From contig CAVPOM010000018.1 in assembly GCA_963707025.1 (NCBI GenBank), positions 192,001 to 256,000 on the forward strand: DNA of 64,000 nucleotides, given 5' to 3'. The notes under the pieces were generated by a model. That model was not told the DNA's origin, searched no databases, and saw nothing but the letters and a program-made list of their open reading frames with translations. The DNA comes from an uncultured Verrucomicrobiae bacterium (GTDB lineage Bacteria; Verrucomicrobiota; Verrucomicrobiia; Limisphaerales; Palsa-1400). Both the position numbers and the translations under genes were made by a program. Each line of letters opens with the position of its first letter. The stretch's first letter is position 1. This document shows positions 20,219 through 29,617 of the stretch, one piece after another.

Positions 20219-21348
20219 TATTGACCACAGACCCGGTGGTAAAGGGCCTGGTAGCGCGGGACGATGATGGCGGCGGAAAATAAATCGCGCGCGCGGCTTT
20301 GCGCGGCGAGGCCCAGTTGGCGGCGGCGGGCCGGGTCGCGAATCAATTCTTCCACCGAGGCGGCCATCGCCGCGACGTCGCCAAAGGGGACCAGAATTCC
20401 GCTGACGTTGTGCTCGACCACTTCCGGGATGCCGCCGACGCGGCTGGAGACGCTCGGACAGGCAAAACACATCGCTTCCAAAATGCTGAGGCAAAAGGTT
20501 TCCAGCTCCGAGGTGAAGAGTCCCAGGTCGGCGGCTTGGAGGTAGTCCTCAATGTCGCTGACTTTTTCGCGCACGATCACCCGATCCTGCAAAGCCATCC
20601 GCCGCACTTGTCCCTGGAAAGGGGCAAAGCTGTCTCCGGCCAAAATGAGCAGCTTGAAGGCATCGCGCGGGCGAATGCGCGCGGCGGCCTCCAGCAAGAG
20701 ATCAATGCGCTTGGGCGCGCGCAGGTTGGAGGAATGGAACAGCAACACTTCGCCGCCCAGGCCCAGTTCACGCCGCACCTCGTCGCGCGAACGCCGGGCG
20801 GGGCGCGGCTCAAAAAAATTATGTATGACATCAATGGGCTGCGTCACCCCCAGCACCTCCTGCGTCTCCCGCCGCAGGTAGGCGGACACGGTGGTGATGG
20901 CGTCCGAGCAGGCCAGGGCATGGCGGATGGCCGGGGCATAACCGGGATCGCGCCCCAGCAAGGTGGTGTCCGTGCCGTGCAGGGTGGTCACCAGGCGCGG
21001 CTGTTGCCGGGGCGGCAGCATGTCGCGCGCCAGGATGGCGGCGGTGGCGTGAGGCACGGCGTAATGGACATGGAGCACGTCCAGTTGGTGGTCGCGGCTG
21101 ACCTCGGCCATTTTTACCGAGAGCGGCAAGGTGTAGTCGGGGTATTTGAACAGCCCGTAATCGTTGATCACCACGGGATGGAAAAACAGGCGCGGCGCCT
21201 CCGCCGGGAGGCGGAAGGGGCGTTCGTAGCCGATGAAATGCACTTCCTCGCCGCGCCGGGCCAGTTGCTCGCCCAGCGCCGAGGCCAGAATTCCGCTCCC
21301 GCCGACCGAGGGATAACAGGTGATGCCGATTTTCAGGGGGCGGGCCAC
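20218..21348 (-). CDS. bshA: N-acetyl-alpha-D-glucosaminyl L-malate synthase (GT4)
   Basis: KIGITCYPSVGGSG, HVHYAVPHA, TTLHGTD, HSSNLRAPKR motifs; GTG start just after the bshB1 stop. Confidence 0.9.
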   Translation of the reverse strand: MARPLKIGITCYPSVGGSGILASALGEQLARRGEEVHFIGYERPFRLPAEAPRLFFHPVVINDYGLFKYPDYTLPLSVKMAEVSRDHQLDVLHVHYAVPHATAAILARDMLPPRQQPRLVTTLHGTDTTLLGRDPGYAPAIRHALACSDAITTVSAYLRRETQEVLGVTQPIDVIHNFFEPRPARRSRDEVRRELGLGGEVLLFHSSNLRAPKRIDLLLEAAARIRPRDAFKLLILAGDSFAPFQGQVRRMALQDRVIVREKVSDIEDYLQAADLGLFTSELETFCLSILEAMCFACPSVSSRVGGIPEVVEHNVSGILVPFGDVAAMAASVEELIRDPARRRQLGLAAQSRARDLFSAAIIVPRYQALYHRVCGQ

Positions 21349-21349
21349 G

Positions 21350-22087
21350 TCAAAAGCGCCGGGCGCCGCGGCTGAGTTGCGCAAGCGAGCCGGCGACCAC
21401 GGGATCACTGGGAAACAAGGCAATGGCATGGCCAACCCCGGCCCGCAATCCCTGAAACCGCGCGCGGGCCAGTTGGAGTTCCACGTAGGGCCGGGCGCGA
21501 AGTTGGGAAGCGTGCGCGGCCATCGCCGCCGTCCAAGCCGCGATAATTTCCGGGGCGGAAACGTCCATCAGCACGGGCGTGATATCGGGAGGCTCCGCTT
21601 CGGGAGTGACGGCGTAGAAGAAAAGCTGGTCAACGGCGTGGGGCGTCTGGCGCCGCAATTCCTTCAAGCCCCCGTAGCGGGCCAGCCGCGCGGCGTCGCG
21701 CACCAGGCGTCCGAGCCGCGCGTGATCGGGGTGCTGGTTTTCCACCACGCTGGGCGCGAGCACGATGGCGGGCCGGGCGCGCCGGATCAGGGCCGCAAGC
21801 TGGATGGCGTGGGCGGCGCGCATTTCCAGGCGCGCATCGCCGTCCAGCGTGATGAATTGAAGAGTGGCGCCGAGGAGGGCGGCGGCTCTTTTCGCCTCGG
21901 CCGCGCGTTGCGCGGGCGTGCCGCAGGTGCCGGCTTCGCCGCGGGAACAGATGACAAAATGCGCGGGCCGGCCGGCGCGGGTCTCGCAGGCGACGACGGC
22001 TCCGCAGGCAAATTCGATGTCGTCGGGATGCGCGCCAAAGGCCAGGAGCGGCGCGGGTTCAGGAGGGGATTTCAGTGTAGGCTTCAT
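21350..22087 (-). CDS. bshB1: PIG-L family deacetylase, BshB1-like
   Basis: FGAHPDDIE, SRGEAGT.GT...R..E, HPDH, HASQ; adjacent to bshA. Confidence 0.8.
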   Translation of the reverse strand: MKPTLKSPPEPAPLLAFGAHPDDIEFACGAVVACETRAGRPAHFVICSRGEAGTCGTPAQRAAEAKRAAALLGATLQFITLDGDARLEMRAAHAIQLAALIRRARPAIVLAPSVVENQHPDHARLGRLVRDAARLARYGGLKELRRQTPHAVDQLFFYAVTPEAEPPDITPVLMDVSAPEIIAAWTAAMAAHASQLRARPYVELQLARARFQGLRAGVGHAIALFPSDPVVAGSLAQLSRGARRF

Positions 22088-22835
22088 CGGAGCGGTCAAT
22101 GGGATCGCGTTTGACAAAAGTTATTTCCGGCGCATCGGCGGGGCAAAGATACGCCTGTTCGCCCAGGCCGGCAATGTAATGCGTGCAGTGGATGACCGAT
22201 TGCATCCAGCGCAGCCGGGAGTCGCGCGCCGGGCTGATCTGTTCCTTGCCGAAATCGGTCCGGGGCAGGGTAATGAAGGAATTCCCGCCCTGGTGCAGGG
22301 TCAGGGCGCCGTTGACGCAGCGGGCGCGCACCAGTTCGCCCGCGTAGGGCACGTCCACAAAGAATTCCGCCACGTCGCAGGCGGCGCGCCGGAAGGCCGG
22401 ATCGCCCGAGCGCGCCACGCGCACGCCCGCCAGCAGGCCCATGAGCCGGTACATCTCCAGGCAAAAATCGGCGGGGTTGGCGGCGTCCGTATTCGCGAAG
22501 GCCTCCACCCAGCGCGGGTCCACGAAGGGCGGCAGTTGCAGGGCGGTCCGGTCGCGCCAGCCGGCGGCGATGCGCTTGGCGAAAAGAGGCGAAAACTTGC
22601 GCTGCCACTTGTTTTCGCAGGCGAAATTGAGGCGCAAGGCTTCGCCGGTTTTGCGATGGCGCAGGATGGTGGCGGTCTCGCGCGGGTCGTGGTCGCTGTC
22701 GTGATAAAAGAAAACGATCTCCCCGCCCATTTCCGCCTGGAGCCGCCGGGCGGTCTGGATTTTGGCAAAAAGGAAGCGGCGCGGAAAGAATCCGCAGGGC
22801 TGCTGGCCAAAACAAATAATGGGCGATGTCGTCAT
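22059..22835 (-). CDS. Short BshC-like protein (putative cysteine-adding enzyme, minimal form)
   Basis: GQQP...AK..TA..L....VFF..DSDHD..E and YIAGLGEQAY match the BshC GQQ/K/DHD and Y.GGPGE..Y motifs; lies directly upstream of bshB1-bshA. Confidence 0.6.
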   Translation of the reverse strand: MTTSPIICFGQQPCGFFPRRFLFAKIQTARRLQAEMGGEIVFFYHDSDHDPRETATILRHRKTGEALRLNFACENKWQRKFSPLFAKRIAAGWRDRTALQLPPFVDPRWVEAFANTDAANPADFCLEMYRLMGLLAGVRVARSGDPAFRRAACDVAEFFVDVPYAGELVRARCVNGALTLHQGGNSFITLPRTDFGKEQISPARDSRLRWMQSVIHCTHYIAGLGEQAYLCPADAPEITFVKRDPIDRSDEAYTEIPS

Positions 22836-24550
22836 GGAGCGGGGCGCGCCTCTTCCTTTTTAGCATGCACGGCCTGAATCGCCAGACTGAACAGGACGCA
22901 GGCGGCGCAGCCGATGAGGTTGTACCAGAGATAACTGATTTCTTGAGGGGTATTCTTGAGATGGAAATAGAAGTATAACACCAGCCCTTCCGCCAGCACC
23001 GCCCCCCAAAAAACGGCCGTCCCATGCACCCATTTGACGAAAAAGGCGACGAGAAACAATCCCAGGACCACGCCGTAAAAGACGGAACCGACGATGTTGA
23101 CGGCCTGGATCAGGTTCTCCGCCAGGTGGGCATAGAGGGCGAAGCCCAGGGCCACCAATCCCCACATGGCCGTGAACCATCTTGAGGCCTTGACGTAATG
23201 CGCGTCGCCCGCCTCGCGTTTGAGGAGGTGCCGGTAAAAATCCACCGAGGTCGTCGAGCCCAGCGCGCTCAATTCCGCCGCCTTGGAGGACAGGGCCGCG
23301 GCAAAAAAGGCCGCGACCAGCAAACCAATCACGCCATGCGGCAGATGGGCCAGGATGAAAGTGATGAACACGTAGTCGCCATCGTTGGTTTGGGCGTGGA
23401 CATCGGCCTGGCGCAGCGCGGCCCGGGCTTCGGCGCGGATGGCTTCGCTTTGGTCGTGCGCGGCCAGGGCCTGGGCGCGGGCGGCGGTGGCGGCGGAGAG
23501 GTCGTGGCGGTGACGGGCCTCGAGCCAGGCGCGGAGGGATTGCTCCTTTTGCAAATAAACGGCCGCAAATTTTTGCTCGACAGCGTGAAATTTTGCGCCG
23601 TCATGCGCGGCCGCGGCCTGCCAGGAGGATTGGTTGAAAAAAACGGGCGGCGGCTCGAATTGGTAGAAGACAAACATGAGGACCCCCAGCCACAGGATGA
23701 GGAACTGCATGGGGATTTTGCAAACGGCGTTAAACATCAGGCCCAGCTTGCATTCCCGGGTGGAGGCTCCTGAGATATAACGCTGCACCTGGGATTGGTC
23801 GGTCCCGAAGTAAGAGAGCATGAGGCACATTCCCCCGAACATGCCGGACCAGAAGGTGTAGCGGCGGTGCAGATCGGGTGAAAAATCAACGGCGTTCATT
23901 TTATGGAACGTCCCCGCCAGGGACAACGTGTCGGTGCAGGTGAGCTGGGCGGGCAGCCGCGCCAGCAGAATGACCAAGGCCGTCACCATGCCGCCGAAGA
24001 TGACCATAATCTGGTATTTCTGCGTCACGCTGACCGCTTCATTGCCGCCGATGACGGTGTAAAGGATGACGAGCAGTCCGCTGAAGATGATGGTCAGGCC
24101 CAGGGGCCAGCCGAAGACGGTGGAAAGCACGATGGCCGGGGCGTAAATGGTGATGCCGGCGCCCAAGCCGCGTTGCAGGAGAAACAGCCCCGCGCCGAGC
24201 AGGCGGGTTTTGGCATCGAAGCGCCGGCCGAGAAACTCGTAGGCGGTGTAAACGTTCAAGCGGCGGAACATGGGGAGGAAAAACGCCGCCACGACGATCA
24301 AGGCCAGGGGCATGGCAAAATAATTCTGCACAAAAGTCAGGCCGTCCTCATAGCCCTGCCCCGGCACGGAGAGGAAGGTGATGGCGCTGGCCTGGGTGGC
24401 CATGACGGAAAGCCCGATGGTGACCCAGCCGGTGGTGCCGCTGCCTTTGAGGTAGCCGCTCAAGCCGCGCTGGCCGCGCGTCCGCCAGACACCGTAGGCG
24501 GCGATCCCGAGCATCGTGACGAACAGAACCAGGTAATCCAGCGGGTTCAT
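22832..24550 (-). CDS. Sodium:solute symporter (SSS) family protein
   Basis: LSVMATQASAITFLS.PG, TAYEFL..RF, SYFGTDQSQVQRY, multiple TM helices. Confidence 0.93.
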   Translation of the reverse strand: MNPLDYLVLFVTMLGIAAYGVWRTRGQRGLSGYLKGSGTTGWVTIGLSVMATQASAITFLSVPGQGYEDGLTFVQNYFAMPLALIVVAAFFLPMFRRLNVYTAYEFLGRRFDAKTRLLGAGLFLLQRGLGAGITIYAPAIVLSTVFGWPLGLTIIFSGLLVILYTVIGGNEAVSVTQKYQIMVIFGGMVTALVILLARLPAQLTCTDTLSLAGTFHKMNAVDFSPDLHRRYTFWSGMFGGMCLMLSYFGTDQSQVQRYISGASTRECKLGLMFNAVCKIPMQFLILWLGVLMFVFYQFEPPPVFFNQSSWQAAAAHDGAKFHAVEQKFAAVYLQKEQSLRAWLEARHRHDLSAATAARAQALAAHDQSEAIRAEARAALRQADVHAQTNDGDYVFITFILAHLPHGVIGLLVAAFFAAALSSKAAELSALGSTTSVDFYRHLLKREAGDAHYVKASRWFTAMWGLVALGFALYAHLAENLIQAVNIVGSVFYGVVLGLFLVAFFVKWVHGTAVFWGAVLAEGLVLYFYFHLKNTPQEISYLWYNLIGCAACVLFSLAIQAVHAKKEEARPAP

Positions 24551-24717
24551 GAGTAAACCCGGGTCAACACCGCCAGGAAAACCACCCAGGCGGCAAAGGC
24601 GGCCACCACAAAAAAGTAAACCGCCCGCCAGGTGCGGAAGCCGGGCAGGCCGGTGCCCTTTTCGTCAATACTAGATTCAGGCGCGCCCGGCGGGGCTGGA
24701 GTTCCCGGCGACTTCAT
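24547..24717 (-). CDS. Small single-TM membrane protein (56 aa), probable SSS transporter partner; absent from the ORF track
   Basis: MKSPGTPAPPGAPESSIDEKGTGLPGFRTWRAVYFFVVAAFAAWVVFLAVLTRVYS*; ATGA overlaps at both ends. Confidence 0.8.
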   Translation of the reverse strand: MKSPGTPAPPGAPESSIDEKGTGLPGFRTWRAVYFFVVAAFAAWVVFLAVLTRVYS

Positions 24718-27239
24718 TTTCCAAGCGAGACCAGATTGGCAAACAGCCGGTAGGCTCCCGGCACGCCGTCGGGCAATTGCCGGAACCAGGAGAGAGCGGT
24801 ATAGGTGAAATAACCCCTGCCGTATTGCGCCACGAGCAGGCTGCCCTTGAGCGGCGCCTCGCCAGGGTCATGGCAGGCGAGCAACGGGGTGAAATGCTCA
24901 TCCCACTGGCTGGCAAAGTAAGCGCCGCGCTCCTGCACCCAGCCGTCGAAATCCGCCGGGACAATTTTGTTGGGCGTGTTGAAAACCGGATGATCGGGCG
25001 CCAGCAGCGTCATCTCGGCCGTCTCGTCCGTCACCCGTTCCCCGGAGACGGCAAGGCTGTAAGGGGCAAGCTGCATCACGCTCGGCCCTCTCTGGCTCGG
25101 ACGGTTGTAAAGAACAATGACATTGCCGCCGTTGGTCGCGAAATCGAACAACCCGGTCAAATGCGGCGCGAGGTCGGTGCGGACGTTGAAGGCGCGAATG
25201 CCCGCCACCACCGCATCCAGACCCTGTAGTTTCTCCGGCGTCAAATCCGCGCCGGTCAGCGGTGTCACCGCGCAGCCCATCCGCGCCAGCGCCTCGGCCA
25301 CCTCGTCGCCCGCGCCGGGAATGTAACCGACTTTGCGGGCGCGCATGGCCATTTCGAGGCTCAAGGCTTTGAGACGCGCGGGCGGCTGGAGCAACTGGGG
25401 CGGGATATGCTCGTAGTGTTCTTTAAGCTCCACCCGGCCAGTGTGCCAGGTCGCGCCACCCACATTCGCAACCGCCAGAAACTCCCCCGTGCCGGTCTGG
25501 GTCGGCGCGGTGATGGTGAAGGTAAAGCGCGCGCTCCCGCCTGAATTGCCCAGGGAAAAAGGTTGGGCTGCCGGCGTCACCTTCCAACCCGCCGGCGCCT
25601 CCAGTCGCAGCGTGCCCCTGGCATGGTCCCGCGCCGCCGTGACTTCCACCTCCGCGTCCCGCGCCGCGCCCGGCGGAAAAAGTCCTACATCGTCCACAAA
25701 TTTCAGCGACACCGGCGGGATGACCCGCAATGGAAGATGGCTCTCTCTTTGCACCGGCTCGTCGGTCACGGAGAATTCTTCGCCGTTCACCGCAAAGACC
25801 TGTTCAATGGGAAAAACGGGGGGGTTCTCCGGCCGGCCGATCAGCGAAACGTCGTCCACCCGGAAACGCCCGGCGGTGCCCTCTTCGCGCAACCAGTAAG
25901 GCTGGGTAATCGGCGTGTTGGTTGGGAGGACGCTGTTCAACTCGTGCATAATGAACCCGCCGGACTCCAAATTCTTCGGCCCAGGTCCGATTATTTCCTT
26001 GGTCCTGCCAGGATAGCGCACTCCGAGCCAGCGCACCGGCACGTCGCTGCGCAGGGTCACCTTAGTGCGCTGTGGCAGCGTTTCGCCCGGCACCACTTCG
26101 GCCTGCGCGATAGTCGTTTCCACCTCAAGCCCAAGGCACTCCTGCAAAATGTGATCCAATTGATGGCGCTTTTCATCCAGCACGATGTCCGCAGGCAGGC
26201 CGGCCAGAAGGTGATGGATTTTAATCAGGGCGGGCACGCTCGCCGCCGGGTGCGCCGGGTCGAAGTGCGCGATCACTTCATCGGTCATCGCCCCGATCTC
26301 CTTGCCGCCCGGGACGCGGCCCCAGGTTGTGTCCACCCCGTCAAATATATCGTTGGTCGCCGGTTCCCCGGCCAGGAAGGTAAAACCGGCGCTGCCCGCG
26401 CCCCCGCGCCCGCCCCTGCCGAAATTGCCAAGGCCCTGCGTTTTGTGCATGGAACGGCTGCGGCCGGCGATGACCCCGAATTCCGCGGGCACCTCCATCG
26501 TCAGCGAGCGTCCGCGGTTTTGGAGAAGCCGTTTGGGCTGCCAGGGTTTTAATTCGCCCAGTTGTTCGGGAAAAGCCTTGGGGTCGCCCGCCAGTTTGAA
26601 GGCTTCGCCCGCCAGTATGGCTGAGGCGGTGTGATGCCCGTGCTGGCCGCCGCCGCCATTGGTGGAAAAGTTGGCGACGACCACGTCCGGCCGGAAGGTG
26701 CGCATGACCCGCACAACGTCGGACAACACTTCTTGCTCGCCCCAGAATTTGAACGTCTCCCGGTAATCCTTGGAAAACCCAAAATCCTTGGCCCGGGTAA
26801 AAAACTGCTGGCCGCCGTCAATGCGCCGCGCCGCCAGCAATTCCTGGGTGCGGATCACGCCCAGCTCGTCCCCGATCTCCGGTCCGAGCACGTTCTGCCC
26901 GCCGTCGCCGCGCGTGACCGAGAGATAAGCGGTGCGACAATAGCGGCCCCTGGCCAGAAAGGCGATCAGGGTCGAGTCTTCGTCGTCCGGATGCGCCGCA
27001 ACCAAGAGCAGGCTTCCCATCTGGCGAAAACTGCGCAGTTCCTGGAGAATGTCCGGAGAAGGATCCGCGCCAGCCAGGGTGAGGAACGGCAAAAGGATGA
27101 AGGCAAAAGGAAGAAGTCCGCCCAGAAAAAGAGGCCCGCGGCGGCGGGCCTGTAAGGCGCGCGCCGCCCCGCGGAACCGGGGCGCAGGGCTTGGGCAGAG
27201 GAGAGGCAACGGCATCATCACGGCATCAGGTGCATTCAC
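24714..27239 (-). CDS. Large secreted PIG-L/LmbE family deacetylase with NEW3-like Ig domain and C-terminal glutamine-amidotransferase-like domain
   Basis: AAHPDDED, TRGDGGQN, DFGFSK, HGHH; C-terminal GWVQERG.YF and FRQLP.GVPGAYRLFANL; start codon uncertain. Confidence 0.88.
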   Translation of the reverse strand: MNAPDAVMMPLPLLCPSPAPRFRGAARALQARRRGPLFLGGLLPFAFILLPFLTLAGADPSPDILQELRSFRQMGSLLLVAAHPDDEDSTLIAFLARGRYCRTAYLSVTRGDGGQNVLGPEIGDELGVIRTQELLAARRIDGGQQFFTRAKDFGFSKDYRETFKFWGEQEVLSDVVRVMRTFRPDVVVANFSTNGGGGQHGHHTASAILAGEAFKLAGDPKAFPEQLGELKPWQPKRLLQNRGRSLTMEVPAEFGVIAGRSRSMHKTQGLGNFGRGGRGGAGSAGFTFLAGEPATNDIFDGVDTTWGRVPGGKEIGAMTDEVIAHFDPAHPAASVPALIKIHHLLAGLPADIVLDEKRHQLDHILQECLGLEVETTIAQAEVVPGETLPQRTKVTLRSDVPVRWLGVRYPGRTKEIIGPGPKNLESGGFIMHELNSVLPTNTPITQPYWLREEGTAGRFRVDDVSLIGRPENPPVFPIEQVFAVNGEEFSVTDEPVQRESHLPLRVIPPVSLKFVDDVGLFPPGAARDAEVEVTAARDHARGTLRLEAPAGWKVTPAAQPFSLGNSGGSARFTFTITAPTQTGTGEFLAVANVGGATWHTGRVELKEHYEHIPPQLLQPPARLKALSLEMAMRARKVGYIPGAGDEVAEALARMGCAVTPLTGADLTPEKLQGLDAVVAGIRAFNVRTDLAPHLTGLFDFATNGGNVIVLYNRPSQRGPSVMQLAPYSLAVSGERVTDETAEMTLLAPDHPVFNTPNKIVPADFDGWVQERGAYFASQWDEHFTPLLACHDPGEAPLKGSLLVAQYGRGYFTYTALSWFRQLPDGVPGAYRLFANLVSLGK

Positions 27240-27259
27240 TTTCCTGGGTATCTGCGCTT

Positions 27260-27284
27260 CATCTTAATCACAATCTTAATCTTC
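27260..27284. repeat. Degenerate (TAATCT)n hexamer array
   Basis: catcttaatcacaatcttaatcttc; same unit as at 9015 and 31381. Confidence 0.6.
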
Positions 27285-27394
27285 TTCGTGCCATTGGCAA
27301 TCAATTTCAAAAGCGAGAACGGACACTGGCACGCTGACCCTGGCAGGGCAAGATCTGCCGTTTGACTTTTTCCGGGAGAGTCGGATGTTATGCC

Positions 27395-27745
27395 ATGAAA
27401 ACTAAACTATTGAGATTGGTTTTGTTGGCCTCCTTGGCGGGGCTGTTCGCGGCGGGATGCACTGTGTATGTCAGGCCGCCGGCGGCCCAAGTGGCTGTCA
27501 GTGCGCCAGGCGAGGTGGTGGTGGAGGGAGCTCCGCCGCCCGCCCCTCCCTACGTGGATGTGGTGACGCTCAGTCCAGGCCCGGATTTCATCTGGATTGG
27601 CGGAGCTTGGTTCTGGGGAGGCGGTCGTTGGCAGTGGGAACGAGGTCACTGGGCCCGTCCGCCGCATCGCGGCGCGGTTTGGGTGGCTCACCATTACGAG
27701 TATCGCAACGGACGGCATGTATTTGTCCGGGGTGGATGGAGATAA
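27395..27745 (+). CDS. YXWGXW-repeat lipoprotein
   Basis: Lipobox AAGC; PGPDFIWIGGAWFW, WERGHW, WVAHHY, FVRGGWR repeats. Confidence 0.88.
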   Translation: MKTKLLRLVLLASLAGLFAAGCTVYVRPPAAQVAVSAPGEVVVEGAPPPAPPYVDVVTLSPGPDFIWIGGAWFWGGGRWQWERGHWARPPHRGAVWVAHHYEYRNGRHVFVRGGWR

Positions 27746-27924
27746 CCGGGTTCAAAAACGCCAAGCAGAGCGGTTTTACAAATACTGTAGCCGCAGCACG
27801 CGGCAGGGCCGGTCCCGAATTATCGGGACCCGCCGTGGCGCGCACGGAGTGTACGTCCTGCCATCCTCATTCAGGGCTGCACAATTTCTAAAACCGCCCT
27901 GTTGCGAAGTTTGCCGGCCATGCA

Positions 27925-28842
27925 TCAGTGCAGGCCGGCGATCACTTCCTGGTTCATCTTGAAGTAGGGAGTGCCCGGCCCCTCCACCTGAATGGCGAGT
28001 TGGCTGGATTGGTTGGCGGCGGCGACGGCGCCATCGCGGTCGCCTTCTTTGGCCAGGATTTTCGCCTTGAGATGGAGCAATTGATAGGAGATGGGCGGAT
28101 GGGTCGCCAGCCCCATGTTGACCCACAGCAAGGCCTGAGTCAGGTCCTTGGTGTGGTCGAAGTAAAAGGTCGCGGCCCGGAGGTAGGTTTCGGGCTGCTT
28201 TTTGGCCGGGGAATCCATGGAGGCCTGAATGCGGACCAGGAGATCGCTGACGATGCTGACTTCCACTTTCACCGGAACGCGCACCCGGTCCCAAATCAAA
28301 TTGATGGTGGCCGAATCGTCCTGGAGATCGTTGACATCAATGGTAAAAGTCTCGACGGGCGGATCAATCTTGACCGGCGTCACTTTGAAGCGCGCGACAT
28401 CCTTCCTGGGGTCATAACCGTCTTTGCCCCAAAGTCCGGCATCTTTGTTCAGGATGACGGTCCAGGCCTTTTCGTCCGGGATGGTGTAGAGGCCGTATTC
28501 GCCTGCGGGAACTTCCTGGCCGTCGGCCCCGCCTAATTTTACCGGAGTGCTGAACGAGATCTTGGTGGAGGCGTTGTCGCCGGTACGCCAGAGATCGTTG
28601 TAGGGAACGATGCCGGCGAAAACGGCATGATGCCTCCTGCTGGGCCGGGAATAAACGATTTTAATCTCGGTCAATCCGACGCGTTGAATATTGGTGCAAG
28701 CCGGGCTGGCCTGGGGAAGCTCTGGAAACCGGATGGGGGGAGTGGCGGGCTGCATGGCCGCCGGGGTCTGCGCCGGCACGCCCCCGGCCAGAGCCAGCCC
28801 GGAGACGAAGAGGAGCGCGCAGGGCAATTTTGCGGGATTCAT
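27925..28842 (-). CDS. DUF2911 domain protein with C-terminal TPR-like helices
   Basis: PQASP...Q.VGLT.I.I.YSRP, WRTGDN, GEYGLYTIP. Confidence 0.85.
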   Translation of the reverse strand: MNPAKLPCALLFVSGLALAGGVPAQTPAAMQPATPPIRFPELPQASPACTNIQRVGLTEIKIVYSRPSRRHHAVFAGIVPYNDLWRTGDNASTKISFSTPVKLGGADGQEVPAGEYGLYTIPDEKAWTVILNKDAGLWGKDGYDPRKDVARFKVTPVKIDPPVETFTIDVNDLQDDSATINLIWDRVRVPVKVEVSIVSDLLVRIQASMDSPAKKQPETYLRAATFYFDHTKDLTQALLWVNMGLATHPPISYQLLHLKAKILAKEGDRDGAVAAANQSSQLAIQVEGPGTPYFKMNQEVIAGLH

Positions 28843-28935
28843 GGCTCGGAGAAGAAATTGCGATTGGCCAGAGATTCGCCGCGGCCGGCAGCCGGCCGCG
28901 GCAAAGATTAAGGAGAAAACACCGCGTGCCTGGCC

Positions 28936-29475
28936 TTAAGGGGCATTGCTAAACGCAACGGAATACTGCGTCTTTTCCCACTGGATCTTGATCACGCCAC
29001 CGGAACCCTCCGCGGCCACGGAAAGGGTGAGTTGGTCCATCTGGGTATCCAACGGCGCTTTCTTCAAGTCCACCCGGGCCAAATCGTTCTTTTCATCCAC
29101 CGGAATTCCCCACTTGCCGGTGGTCTTGCTGATGGCCAGCTTGGAGGTGCCGGATTCCGATGGAACCATGTAGAGAGTATAAGTGCCGGCGGGCACCGTC
29201 GTGCCGCCCAGAACGATGCCTTTTTCGCAGACCAGGGTGGTGGCTTGATCCGCTCCCAGCCGCCAGGCCTTGTCCCACGGCACCAGAGATCCCCAGACTT
29301 TGCGCACCACATCGGTGCCGGGTTTCTTGCTGAAAGGCCGTCCGTAAGTAATCTTGACAGCGTTGCCACCGATGGTGGCGCTGACCGTATCATGAGGGCT
29401 GACTCCGCCCAGAGCGGGCAATACCGTGGCCGCGCTGAGCGCTGTGACAATAAATGCGTGTTTTAACATTTTCAT
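28936..29475 (-). CDS. DUF2911 domain protein (short paralog)
   Basis: Signal peptide, [23 protein letters not shown]. Confidence 0.85.
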   Translation of the reverse strand: MKMLKHAFIVTALSAATVLPALGGVSPHDTVSATIGGNAVKITYGRPFSKKPGTDVVRKVWGSLVPWDKAWRLGADQATTLVCEKGIVLGGTTVPAGTYTLYMVPSESGTSKLAISKTTGKWGIPVDEKNDLARVDLKKAPLDTQMDQLTLSVAAEGSGGVIKIQWEKTQYSVAFSNAP

Positions 29476-29617
29476 AGTGCGATTTCTGTTCTCCTGAGTT
29501 TATTTGAAGTTTGTGCCGCGAATAACTTTTTGTTTCATGGCGCCGTCACTTTAGAACAGCCGCGCCAAATGACAAGACGAAAATGGCGCCCAGCGCGTTA
29601 CATGAAAAAGCGGGAGG

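Noticed and set aside
27811..27830. GGTCCCGA-ATTA-TCGGGACC hairpin (similar at 51218-51234) as a terminator
   Set aside because: No U-tract; probably another small palindromic repeat, and two copies are too few to define it.
27925..29475. Tandem DUF2911 paralogs as a novel system
   Set aside because: Common family, often multi-copy; nothing unusual is visible.
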